Below, in pieces: positions 48,938 through 57,450 of a stretch of DNA of 62,258 bases; position 1 is the stretch's first letter; the number at the start of each line of letters is the position of its first letter. The notes below the pieces were generated by a model. The model did not search any database, was not told the DNA's origin, and saw only the letters and a program-made list of their open reading frames with translations. Origin of the DNA: a virus (taxonomy: Duplodnaviria; Caudoviricetes); the IMG/VR virus record IMGVR_UViG_3300043428_000132, positions 1 through 62,258 of that record, one strand, 5' to 3'. A program made the translations under genes and the position numbers.

Positions 48938-49294
48938 ATGAGCCATCAATCAACCTCAGCAGCCACCGATGTGTCCGAGTTCATCAGCGAACTCGATGGC
49001 GGCGTCTTCGAACGCAAGCTGTCGATCGCGCTGTCCACCGTTGCCGCATCAGTTGTGGACAACGAACGCATGGGCAAGGTCACCATCGAGTTCAACCTCT
49101 CGAAGATTCCCGGCACATCGCAAGTCCACTGCGGCCACACGCTGAAGTTCACCCGCCCAACGATGGACGGCGAGGCCAGCGAGAAGGAAAAGCGCAGCAC
49201 CCCGATGCACGTGGGCAAGTTCGGCAAGCTGTCGATCACCCCCGAGAACCAACTGCAAATGTTCGAAACCAAGGCCAAGGCCAACGAAGCCTAA
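48938..49294 (+). CDS. YfdP-like protein
   Basis: TDV.EF..ELDGGVF..K; TPMHV...GKL; paired with the DUF2303 gene. Confidence 0.75.
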   Translation: MSHQSTSAATDVSEFISELDGGVFERKLSIALSTVAASVVDNERMGKVTIEFNLSKIPGTSQVHCGHTLKFTRPTMDGEASEKEKRSTPMHVGKFGKLSITPENQLQMFETKAKANEA

Positions 49295-49326
49295 GCCCTT
49301 CCTCCACTCGATAGAAAGACACCACC

Positions 49327-50151
49327 ATGTTCGACAAAGATGCAATCGAAGCGCTTGCCGAAGGCGCTGCAATCAGCCAAGCCGAAGAAGCCGTCACGCA
49401 CGCCCTGCAAGCCGAAGGCGCTGCCGCTCTTCCTGAGCACTTCAAGATGCACGACCTCGAGGGCTACATGCCCACCCGCCGTCGTGCTCGCGGCACCATG
49501 TCCACCAGCGCCGTTGCCGACTTCGCTTCCTACGTGAAGACCAACCTCGAAGCGGGCGCTGCGGTGTTCGTGGATGCCGACGCCATGTCGGCCACTGCGG
49601 TGCTGAATCTGGGCACGCCTACCGCCCCGGGCCACGCCGACAACAAGGCCGTGGTGAAGGCCAAGATCACCGCCGCATACGAAGCCCTCAAGGCACACGC
49701 CAACGGTCGCGGCATCGGCCAAGCGAGCGTTGCCGAGTTCTTCGAGGATTGGGCCGGGTACCTGTTGTTCTTCAAGGATAGCGAGAGCGTGTCGCCCCCC
49801 AAGGCGATCGCGGCCATTCGCAAGATCACGATCGAGTCGATGCGAAAGCTGGAAAGCGAAGAGAAGTCGCTCAGTGCAAGCCGCAGCACCTTCGAGAACG
49901 TGCAGGCCACCAGCGCCGACCCGATCCCCACCACCATCTACTTCAACTGCACGCCGTATCACGGCCTCATGGAACGCAACTTCGTGCTGCGCCTGAGCGT
50001 GATCACCAGCAACGACAAGCCGTCGATCAGCCTGCGAATCGTGAAGCAGGAAGAGCACGACGAAGCGATGGCGCAAGAGTTCGCTCGCTTGGTTGACACC
50101 AGCCTGCGCGGTGAAGTGCCCGTGATGTTGGGCAGCTACGCAACTCGATAA
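49327..50151 (+). CDS. YfdQ / DUF2303-like protein
   Basis: R.RG...T....DF, LNLG....PGHAD and F.C.PY.GL..R motifs. Confidence 0.85.
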   Translation: MFDKDAIEALAEGAAISQAEEAVTHALQAEGAAALPEHFKMHDLEGYMPTRRRARGTMSTSAVADFASYVKTNLEAGAAVFVDADAMSATAVLNLGTPTAPGHADNKAVVKAKITAAYEALKAHANGRGIGQASVAEFFEDWAGYLLFFKDSESVSPPKAIAAIRKITIESMRKLESEEKSLSASRSTFENVQATSADPIPTTIYFNCTPYHGLMERNFVLRLSVITSNDKPSISLRIVKQEEHDEAMAQEFARLVDTSLRGEVPVMLGSYATR

Positions 50152-50158
50152 AGGTTTC

Positions 50159-50226
50159 GGGCCGAAAGCGGATGCTGGCGTGCTGGGGGAACCCGGTGCA
50201 GCGCAACCAGTGCAGCGAGTAGGCCC
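50159..50226 (+). ncRNA. Candidate structured RNA element
   Basis: GGGCC/GGCCC closing stem, GAA/AGUA internal loop, GGG-GGAA-CCC GNRA hairpin. Confidence 0.45.
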
Positions 50227-50252
50227 ACCATCAACTAAGTGGAGAAGACGCA

Positions 50253-50606
50253 ATGAAAGAAATTCAGATTCGCGAACTGCAACGGGTCATTCGATTCCTC
50301 GAGGGCATCGACTGCCAGTACGCAATCATCACGGACGACAACGAGTTGTTCAGCAACGGCCTCGAGGTGAAGCAACGTAAGTCACGTTCACCACTGGCGT
50401 TCCCCTACGGCGAAGTGAAATCGTTCATTCAACCCCAGATCAACTTAGCCGCCGATATTGGTAGCGTGCAGGAGATCAACGTAGGCAAGTACGGTGCCGA
50501 GCGCGTGCGCTCTGGCGTGTGCTCGATCCTGTCCTCGCAATGGGGCAAGGAAACCTACACAACCTCGCTCAGTGAGCACACGGTCGAGGTTCTTCGCATT
50601 TCGTGA
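50253..50606 (+). CDS. Hypothetical protein
   Basis: ORF with GGAGAAGACGCA RBS. Confidence 0.65.
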   Translation: MKEIQIRELQRVIRFLEGIDCQYAIITDDNELFSNGLEVKQRKSRSPLAFPYGEVKSFIQPQINLAADIGSVQEINVGKYGAERVRSGVCSILSSQWGKETYTTSLSEHTVEVLRIS

Positions 50607-50657
50607 ACGCGCAATGCAATCACACATTCACTGCATCAAGCATTTAAGGAGAAAACC

Positions 50658-50807
50658 ATGAAGAAGGCACTGATTGCCCTTTGGATCGCAACCACCTCTT
50701 CGCTCGTCTGGGCAAGCTGCGTCACGAACACCTACTTCGTGAACGGCAGAACCACGATCTGCACCACGTGCTGCTACGGCTCCAACTGCACAACCACCTG
50801 CTCATGA
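50658..50807 (+). CDS. Secreted 6-Cys micro-protein, 49 aa (not in ORF track)
   Basis: AAGGAG RBS; MKKALIALWIATTSSLVWA-SCVTNTYFVNGRTTICTTCCYGSNCTTTCS. Confidence 0.75.
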   Translation: MKKALIALWIATTSSLVWASCVTNTYFVNGRTTICTTCCYGSNCTTTCS

Positions 50808-51079
50808 TTTTTCGGAGCGAAGCGTTTCGACGCCTTGTGTGCGAACTGCCATGCCAGCACTGCGGCACGGCAGGGCGTACCCAACCAGCCCACCGCAATC
50901 GCGGCAAGGGCATGGGCATCAAGGTGTCGGACGCACTCTGCGCGGCTCTGTGCGTGGAGTGCCACCGCGAACTCGATCAGGGCAAAGACATGAAACGGCA
51001 GGAGCGGCATGAGATGTGGGATCAAGCCTATATCCGCACCGTTCAACTGCTCATCGAACAAGGACACCTCAAACCATGA
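50804..51079 (+). CDS. Small zinc-finger HNH-like protein
   Basis: LPCQHCG...AH.N.GKGMGIK.SD....LC..CH. Confidence 0.75.
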   Translation: MIFRSEAFRRLVCELPCQHCGTAGRTQPAHRNRGKGMGIKVSDALCAALCVECHRELDQGKDMKRQERHEMWDQAYIRTVQLLIEQGHLKP

Positions 51080-51531
51080 CCAATTTCCAACGCACCGCAG
51101 CATGGCTCAAGGCCTGCGGCAAATCGCAAACCATCAAGAACACCTCGGTGCAAATCGGGTGCGACTTCGAAGAGCAAGCCGAGTTTCTTGCCTGCCTCGA
51201 ACTCGATGATGGCGACATGAACCTGATCAACGATCGCCTGCGCTTTGTGGTGAGCGAGTTGAACTCGTTGGGCTACCTGCTCAAGAAGCAACTCATCGCC
51301 GCGCACATCCCCTACGGGCGACGCGCCGAAGCGCTTGATGCGCTGTGCGATCGCAACGTGACCGGCGACGGCATCGCCTACCTCGCCGACATGAACAAGG
51401 ATGGCGCTGATCAGGCCGTGCTCGATGCCAACGACGCCAAGCTGGTGGACGGCAAGCCCGTGATCCTCGCAGGCGGCAAGATCGGCAAGCCCGAAGGCTG
51501 GACACCGGCCAACATCACCCCATTCGTCTGA
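51076..51531 (+). CDS. MazG-like NTP pyrophosphatase
   Basis: EE..EF, LDALCD..VT.G, V..AN..K and GKI.KP.GW motifs. Confidence 0.7.
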   Translation: MTNFQRTAAWLKACGKSQTIKNTSVQIGCDFEEQAEFLACLELDDGDMNLINDRLRFVVSELNSLGYLLKKQLIAAHIPYGRRAEALDALCDRNVTGDGIAYLADMNKDGADQAVLDANDAKLVDGKPVILAGGKIGKPEGWTPANITPFV

Positions 51532-51556
51532 TTTCATCAACCCGCAAGGAGCAACC

Positions 51557-51862
51557 ATGCAAGAGCAAACCACCCCCCAACCCGTGATCGCCTTCACCGA
51601 CCTGTCGATCGATGAGGCCAATGCGATCTTCGCGGCATTGGATCAATCCGAACTGCCGCACAAGATCGTGACCCGCCTCGTTGCCAAGCTGGTGGCGCAA
51701 GCGAACGCGCAACTGAATCCTGCGCCTGCTCAAAGCGCACAAAGCGCACAAGACGCACAAAGCGCACAAAGCGCACAAGGCGCTGCCGAGCCTCCCCAAA
51801 CTCCTGCTGGTGAAAATGGCGAGACGGAGGTACCGGCTCCCGGCCTCAGCGACCCCGAGTAA
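51557..51862 (+). CDS. Hypothetical protein with AQS repeat tail
   Basis: RBS; 9-bp CAAAGCGCA tandem at about 51731-51780. Confidence 0.65.
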   Translation: MQEQTTPQPVIAFTDLSIDEANAIFAALDQSELPHKIVTRLVAKLVAQANAQLNPAPAQSAQSAQDAQSAQSAQGAAEPPQTPAGENGETEVPAPGLSDPE

Positions 51863-51863
51863 C

Positions 51864-52187
51864 GTGGAGCGCATCTCGGCCAAGGAAGCGGCCCAGCACA
51901 TGGGCCTGTCGGTGAGAGCCGTTCAGGCCATGTGCGACCGAGGCGAGATTCCCGGCGCGGTGCAGTTCGCCGCCCGGGGCAAGTGGGCTATCTGTAAAGC
52001 CCGGTTTCTGGATTGGATCGCACTTCGGGAGAAAGAGCGGTGCAGCAAGAGGACGGCATCTATTGGCGCAACGGCGTCGCCTACGGCAGGCTCTGGGTCA
52101 AGGGCACCGGGGAAGTACGACGAAGCCTTCGAACACGTGATCCGCAAAGGGCGCGATCAGCCTTCGAGGAATTCAAGGCAGAAGTGA
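51864..52187 (+). CDS. xis: Excisionase-like HTH protein
   Basis: ISAKEAAQHMGLS...MC.RGEIPGA...W; overlaps integrase start. Confidence 0.75.
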   Translation: MERISAKEAAQHMGLSVRAVQAMCDRGEIPGAVQFAARGKWAICKARFLDWIALREKERCSKRTASIGATASPTAGSGSRAPGKYDEAFEHVIRKGRDQPSRNSRQK

Positions 52188-53146
52188 CCGGCGCACCGGT
52201 CGAACACCCCACCTTCAAGCAGGCCGTGGTCAACTGGAACGAAGTGATCGCGCAGGCCAAGCCCGGAGAGGGCATCAAAGAGACCACCCGCGAGCGCTAC
52301 CTCGGCTCGATCAGGATGCTTTCGGCCATGTTCGCGGACTATCGGCTCGCCGATATCGATACCCGGGCCATCGGTGAGTTCGTGAAAGCCCGCAGGAAGG
52401 GCGTTCTGGTGCTGGATGGGGTGAAGGTACCCGCCACCTCGAATGCCACCATCAGGCGCGATCTGACCGCGCTGTCGCAGGTGTTCCGTGCGGCGGTGGC
52501 CTTTGGCGTGTGGCATGAGAACCCCGTGAAGGCATGGGATCGAGGCGTGATCCCCGAAACCCGTGCCCCGTTCTACGTGCCTACCGTGGCCGAGATCGAA
52601 CTGGTGGCCGCTCAGGCCAGCCCCAGCTTTGCCGGTCTGATACGGTTTGCCGCCTATACAGGATGCAGGCAGGGCGAAGCCGTGGGCCTCACGTGGCGGG
52701 ATGTGCGGCTCGAACGGGGTGAGGTGCGGTTCTTCCACACCAAGACCACCCGGCCCCGGGTCTGTGCGCTGAAGAACCCGGCAGGCGATGCCACGGCCAC
52801 GCTCTCGAGCCAGCCCCGGCGCATCGGGCAACCGCTGGTCTTCTGGCACGGCATGGGGGAGGTGTTCACGGGGGCGGCTGGGCTGTGGGGGAGACTGGCC
52901 CGTCAAGCGATGGCCGAAGAGTCCAAGGCGGGGCGCTCGGTGGCCTACTTCAGCTTCCACAAGCTGCGGCACGCCTTCGCGATCCGCTGGCTCGAGCAGG
53001 GCGGCGATATCTATGCGCTGTCCGGGCACCTCGGCCATACTTCGGTGAAGACCACTGAGATTTACCTCGACTACATTCGCAAGGGGTACGGCTCGAACAC
53101 GGCATGGGACGAGGCCGAGATGGCCGCTGAAGCCTCATCCAAGTGA
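52040..53146 (+). CDS. int: Tyrosine integrase
   Basis: TGCRQGE (R), TKT (K), HKLRH, LGHTS and Y (EIYL). Confidence 0.95.
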   Translation: MQQEDGIYWRNGVAYGRLWVKGTGEVRRSLRTRDPQRARSAFEEFKAEVTGAPVEHPTFKQAVVNWNEVIAQAKPGEGIKETTRERYLGSIRMLSAMFADYRLADIDTRAIGEFVKARRKGVLVLDGVKVPATSNATIRRDLTALSQVFRAAVAFGVWHENPVKAWDRGVIPETRAPFYVPTVAEIELVAAQASPSFAGLIRFAAYTGCRQGEAVGLTWRDVRLERGEVRFFHTKTTRPRVCALKNPAGDATATLSSQPRRIGQPLVFWHGMGEVFTGAAGLWGRLARQAMAEESKAGRSVAYFSFHKLRHAFAIRWLEQGGDIYALSGHLGHTSVKTTEIYLDYIRKGYGSNTAWDEAEMAAEASSK

Positions 53147-53166
53147 GGGGGTGTCATGCCCGTTAC

Positions 53167-53555
53167 GGCACACACTCGCACAGTTTTGACCGGGCCAAAA
53201 CCCTGCGCTGTGGACAAGCTGTTGATCCGCAAGCGCAAGTCGGCTGTGGAAAACCGGTGAACCAAGGCTCAAACGGTCTTGAAATCCTCCCGGCGGTATC
53301 ATCAGCGTGAGAGTTTCTCGGTGGAGTGGCCGAGCGGTTTAAGGCAGCGCTCTTGAAAAGCGCCGAAGTTTCAACGACTTCCGTGGGTTCGAATCCCACC
53401 TCCACCGCCATCACCAGAAGCGCAATCTGCGTCGCCTGCGTATCATCACTCGCACAAACCCTCGCACAAGCCAGCTTGTCGGGGGTTTTTTCATGGGTTT
53501 CTATCCAGCCTCGCACACTGTGCGGCACAAAAGCGTGCTCAAGGGGTAGGCACAA
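53167..53555. promoter_or_regulatory. attP region with arm-type direct repeats
   Basis: CTCGCACA at 53175, 53449, 53461, 53510; GGCACA variants at 53167, 53524, 53549; flank the tRNA just downstream of int. Confidence 0.65.
53320..53410 (+). tRNA. tRNA-Ser (anticodon TGA)
   Basis: Acceptor GGTGGAG/CTCCACC, anticodon arm GCGCT-CTTGAAA-AGCGC, long variable arm, GGTTCGAATCC, G discriminator, CCA. Confidence 0.95.
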
Positions 53556-53615
53556 ACGTGTCCGCATCAACTGAGGTGCGCCCGGTACGCTCGCCGCTTC
53601 CACATTGGAGGCGAG

Positions 53616-53942
53616 ATGCCCAACACGTACTCATGGCAGTTCCTCACGCTTGAAAGCCGCCTTGCCGAAGCTGGCCTTCAGGATGTGGTCAAGCGCGTGG
53701 TTTGCTTGCTCAAGGCCGACAACGGGGACGGGGTGATCGTGGATCAACTCTTGAACTTGCAGATCGGCGCGGTCGATCCGATGGCATTCACCGAGTTTGC
53801 AGACCTCACGGCCATCGAGGTGCAGGGCTGGGTCGAGGCAGCGCTTGGCGCTCCATCGATTGCAAGCTGGCAGGCTGTGCTCGACGCGAAGATCGATGAA
53901 CTCACACAGAACCGGGCACTGTCCCCGCCTTGGGTCACCTAA
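53616..53942 (+). CDS. Fibre-associated small protein
   Basis: YSW....L......DVVK.V...FTEFADLT...V.GWV...LG...PPW; GGAGG RBS. Confidence 0.7.
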   Translation: MPNTYSWQFLTLESRLAEAGLQDVVKRVVCLLKADNGDGVIVDQLLNLQIGAVDPMAFTEFADLTAIEVQGWVEAALGAPSIASWQAVLDAKIDELTQNRALSPPWVT

Positions 53943-53975
53943 AAAAAGGCCCCCGGCTTCAGAGGCGCGGGGGCC
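53941..53975 (-). terminator. Terminator ending the late/tail operon
   Basis: GGCCCCC stem with T7 on minus strand. Confidence 0.7.
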
Positions 53976-54006
53976 AAAGTCCTTCATGGCAACCGGAAAC
54001 GGGTGA

Positions 54007-54543
54007 TCAGCTTTCGATCAGGCGGTGGGCAAGCAGATCGACCGACTTGATCATGTCGGCGATGCTGGTGGCGTTGTTGATCAAGGCGTCCTCGGTGATC
54101 TTGTTCTGGGCACGCTCTGAGCCGTGATCCATCGTGGCAAGGCCCGGGCGGTAGACGCGCCAGATTACGCCGCCCAGATCGCGCACGGCCTGCGCCTCGT
54201 TGGGGTAGCGCAGATCGTCGGCCACGATCAAGCCGTCGAGGTCTTGGGTGCTGCGCTTCCAAGCCGTGGCCCACACATCGGGGTGAATCATCCTGCGGCC
54301 CCACTCATGGCCGAGAGACTGCATCAGGTGGCGCGGTGTGGCACCGCCAAGGGCCTCGAGAGGCTCCATCTTGGCGTTGCCGTCCACCTGCTCATCGGTG
54401 AGGCCAAGCCCCACCTTCAGCATGTTCTTGAGCGGCCCCGCAAAGCGCGTGCGCTGAAAGCCGTAGGCCTCCACAAGATGGCGAGCGACCAGCGTCTTGC
54501 CGCTTCCGGCCACACCAAGGATGGCTACGATTTTTCGGGTCAT
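54007..54543 (-). CDS. Deoxynucleoside monophosphate kinase
   Basis: GVAGSGKT P-loop, FAGPLK, TPR.LMQ.LG.EWGR, DDLRYPNE and H.SE motifs. Confidence 0.9.
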   Translation of the reverse strand: MTRKIVAILGVAGSGKTLVARHLVEAYGFQRTRFAGPLKNMLKVGLGLTDEQVDGNAKMEPLEALGGATPRHLMQSLGHEWGRRMIHPDVWATAWKRSTQDLDGLIVADDLRYPNEAQAVRDLGGVIWRVYRPGLATMDHGSERAQNKITEDALINNATSIADMIKSVDLLAHRLIES

Positions 54544-54555
54544 GTGGGCTTTCGG

Positions 54556-55380
54556 TTATTCAGTGAAAACGTGTGGTTCCCACGTTTCGCTTTCGTCTTC
54601 GTTGATGGTGATCTTCACGACCGTGACGGAGGCTTTGGCCGTCGATCTGGCGTTGAAAAGCTCCTGCTCGCGCAAGTTGGCGACCTCGAACTTGATCTCG
54701 CTAGGCCATTCAACCTCTGGCACAAGGTACGGCGGCAGGTACTCCACGATCAGGCCATAAGCCTTTTCAGAGTAAGCGGTGATCGTTTCCTTGTAGGGCA
54801 TGTCGCCGACGGCTTGCACAACTTCCAGCGGCATCTCTGCGAGCGGCATGAAGTGCGTTTCAACGACGGGCGCTGTTGGCTCGAGCAGGTTGCGCTTTTG
54901 CAGCGTGCCCGGTGAACTGAGTTCGTAGACCTCGATCGGCTCACCCGTTGCAAGGTCAAACGCGACCCACTCATAAGTTTGGCCGTTCACTTCACCATTC
55001 TTCTCATACCAATCTGTGACCTGTGAGTCGTGAACTTTGATGTGGAAGGTTTTGCCACCAGCGCCAATGTAAGCAAAGGTGTTTGACCAGCGCTCCCCGG
55101 TTGTTGTGTTGAACACGGAATGCGCGTGCGTAAGGACTGCCAACCCAACGGTGGCGAGAACGTCGGTTACGGCAGTTTCGTGCTTCGCGCAGTAGAACGC
55201 ATAAGCCACATCAAAATCAGCCGCCCACGCTGCGTCGTACAAATAACGGCCTTGCACAAACGGGTTCTGCGTGAAGTGAGCGGCTGTTGCAACAATGGTG
55301 CTGGCCCACAATTCTCTTGCCGATGATTCGCTGGTGGCTTCTTGATGAAGTCCTGTGAGCGGATTGAAAATCTTGAACAT
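54556..55380 (-). CDS. Hypothetical protein, probably tail-fibre associated
   Basis: FNPLTG start; coupled to the Gly-rich tail gene; lower GC. Confidence 0.6.
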   Translation of the reverse strand: MFKIFNPLTGLHQEATSESSARELWASTIVATAAHFTQNPFVQGRYLYDAAWAADFDVAYAFYCAKHETAVTDVLATVGLAVLTHAHSVFNTTTGERWSNTFAYIGAGGKTFHIKVHDSQVTDWYEKNGEVNGQTYEWVAFDLATGEPIEVYELSSPGTLQKRNLLEPTAPVVETHFMPLAEMPLEVVQAVGDMPYKETITAYSEKAYGLIVEYLPPYLVPEVEWPSEIKFEVANLREQELFNARSTAKASVTVVKITINEDESETWEPHVFTE

Positions 55381-56414
55381 TACGAAACACTCCCGTACAC
55401 GTTAGCCGATCCAGCAAGCCAAGTGACGGCGTTGCCGCTGGTGTTGATCGCTTTACCGCCTGCGGCACCAGTTCCCAACGCTCCAGCGGAGCCGCCATTA
55501 CCGCCAGACGCTCCATAGCCGCCACCGCCACCGCCAGCGCCAGCAACACTGCTTGAAGTGCCGGAGCCGCCCGCGCCACCCGCGCTACCGCCCGCACCAG
55601 ATGTAGCGTTATTGACGGATGAACTGTTCTTGTAATAGACGGAGCCAGAACCGCCTGCACCGCCGCCATTACCGCCAACGTATGTGTCTCCACCATACGG
55701 GTTGCTTGCTCCAGCCACACTGATCGCCGCGCCGCCTGTTCCGGGCATGATTCGGCCACCACCACCGCCGACCTGACCGCCGCCCGTACCTGCGCTACCG
55801 GGGCCACCACCGGCGTTGAAGGTATTTGGGAAGCCGGTAAAGCGACCGCCCTCACCGCCGCCTGCGCCACCGCCGCCTGTGTACGAACTGGTGTTAATGC
55901 CACCGGCACCGCCACCACCGCCGCCGCCGATGTAGCCGTTGTTCTGGACGCTGATCGGGCGAGTGATGCTCATTGCTGGGCCACCTGCTGTTGCGGCAGT
56001 GGTTGCGTTCCAGCCGCCGTTACCACCTTGACCCATGATGAAGCCGTTGTTCACGACCTTGATGGTGTCACCCGTGGTGCCACCCGAGATAGCGATTGCA
56101 GGGCTTGCCGTGGAGGTCGAATAGACATACACACCGCTGTTCACAGTGATAGTGATATCAGTCGTCCCGGCCACATAACCACTGAGCGTGGAGACGTTGA
56201 TCGTGGTTTGAGTTGCGTTCGCGGCGAACACATAGCTTGCCGTGGCGCGGTTTGATTTTCCGTAGCCGTTGGACATGCTGATCGCGCCGCTTGCAACGGC
56301 GAAGAGCGTTCGAACCGCGCTCTCGTTCATGCTGATCGCGGCTGTTGAAGACCGGCCAAGTTCGACGTTGACCTGCGAAAGCGAGATCGAATTGGGTGAT
56401 ACTGGAAGCGTCAT
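55380..56414 (-). CDS. Glycine-rich receptor-binding/tail protein
   Basis: ISLSQVNVELG...ISMS..YGK start; GGGGGG polyglycine repeats. Confidence 0.8.
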   Translation of the reverse strand: MTLPVSPNSISLSQVNVELGRSSTAAISMNESAVRTLFAVASGAISMSNGYGKSNRATASYVFAANATQTTINVSTLSGYVAGTTDITITVNSGVYVYSTSTASPAIAISGGTTGDTIKVVNNGFIMGQGGNGGWNATTAATAGGPAMSITRPISVQNNGYIGGGGGGGAGGINTSSYTGGGGAGGGEGGRFTGFPNTFNAGGGPGSAGTGGGQVGGGGGRIMPGTGGAAISVAGASNPYGGDTYVGGNGGGAGGSGSVYYKNSSSVNNATSGAGGSAGGAGGSGTSSSVAGAGGGGGGYGASGGNGGSAGALGTGAAGGKAINTSGNAVTWLAGSANVYGSVS

Positions 56415-56417
56415 GGC

Positions 56418-57449
56418 TTACCCTTTCAATGCTGCGATCTCTGTCTTGAGCAGCAACACTTCGCGAGCCAGAGCCACGCACGCTGCAAGCGCAGCGTTGC
56501 CATAAGAGACGGAGAGAATGCCGCCCGCGCCCTCGAGAACGGCCATTGGCATGGCTTCGTCACGAAGGCTTTGAGCACCAACACCAACTTGCGTGTGGCC
56601 GCTGTCTTTGCGGTCGTAGATGCCCATCTTCACGCGAGCAAGGCGTTCAATGAAATCCAAGGGGAGATCACGCCAGTTTTGCTTCAGGCGTTCATCGGAG
56701 TAGGCGGTTACGTCGCCAGCAAAAGTACCGTTACCCGATCCATCGATCGAAAGCAGCGATGTGGATGCAACGCCTGATCCGTTGGTTGTAGAGAGGCGAA
56801 CAACGCCACTCGTGTCCAGATAGAAGCCTCTGGCGTGCGCTCCCGGAATTTCCATCTCCCACATCGCATAACCGGCATTTGATACCTTGGCTCGAGCGGC
56901 GCTAAAAGACTTCACGCCACCGATCGTTTGATCGCCTGTCGTGTAGACGCCGTTCGTCACACTTCCGGCATTGCCGGAGATGGCGATTGACCAAGTACCC
57001 GATGCCCCTGTTCCGTCTGCTTTGGGGGCACCAACGGAGTTGTAGGAGATCGTGATGGCCGTGCCGCCATTGAATGTCGTGCCGCTCGCACTGCCACTGC
57101 CGCCGTTGTTGAACGTGATCGCCTGAGTGGTGCTGGCGGTGACCGTGATGTTCGCAGACCCGTTGAAGCTGGTTCCGTTGATCGTCCGAGCCGTTGCAAG
57201 CGTTGTTGCTGTCGCTGCATTCCCAGAGATATCGATGGCGTAAGACGATGAAAGCGCAGCCCATGCAGTGCCGTTGTACTTCTCCCAGCGGTTGGTTGCG
57301 CTGTTCCAACGAACCGAGCTTGTCGGCGCGTTGGTTACGGTTGTGAGCGCAGGATCGAGGCCATACGCAAGATCGTCGAGCCGCGCATCGAGGTAGGCTA
57401 AGAAGTTTGCGTAGGTGTCGGTAAGCGACGGTTGATTCCAATTTGCCAT
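56418..57449 (-). CDS. Tail fibre with C-terminal S74 chaperone
   Basis: LATARTING.SFNG.ANI; GDQTIGGVKSF; AYSDERLK. Confidence 0.85.
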   Translation of the reverse strand: MANWNQPSLTDTYANFLAYLDARLDDLAYGLDPALTTVTNAPTSSVRWNSATNRWEKYNGTAWAALSSSYAIDISGNAATATTLATARTINGTSFNGSANITVTASTTQAITFNNGGSGSASGTTFNGGTAITISYNSVGAPKADGTGASGTWSIAISGNAGSVTNGVYTTGDQTIGGVKSFSAARAKVSNAGYAMWEMEIPGAHARGFYLDTSGVVRLSTTNGSGVASTSLLSIDGSGNGTFAGDVTAYSDERLKQNWRDLPLDFIERLARVKMGIYDRKDSGHTQVGVGAQSLRDEAMPMAVLEGAGGILSVSYGNAALAACVALAREVLLLKTEIAALKG

Positions 57450-57450
57450 A

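Noticed and set aside
51731-51780. 9-bp tandem repeat as contingency locus
   Set aside because: In-frame (AQS)n linker; unit is a multiple of 3, so no phase variation
53320-53410. Selenocysteine or opal suppressor tRNA / genome recoding
   Set aside because: Anticodon TGA reads the Ser codon UCA; TGA is used as a normal stop throughout
53167-53555. CRISPR array
   Set aside because: Repeats are only 8 bp and irregularly spaced; better explained as integrase arm sites
24622-57449. Diversity-generating retroelement or invertible fibre switch
   Set aside because: No reverse transcriptase or invertase recognised; shared fibre segments differ at synonymous positions rather than only at adenines
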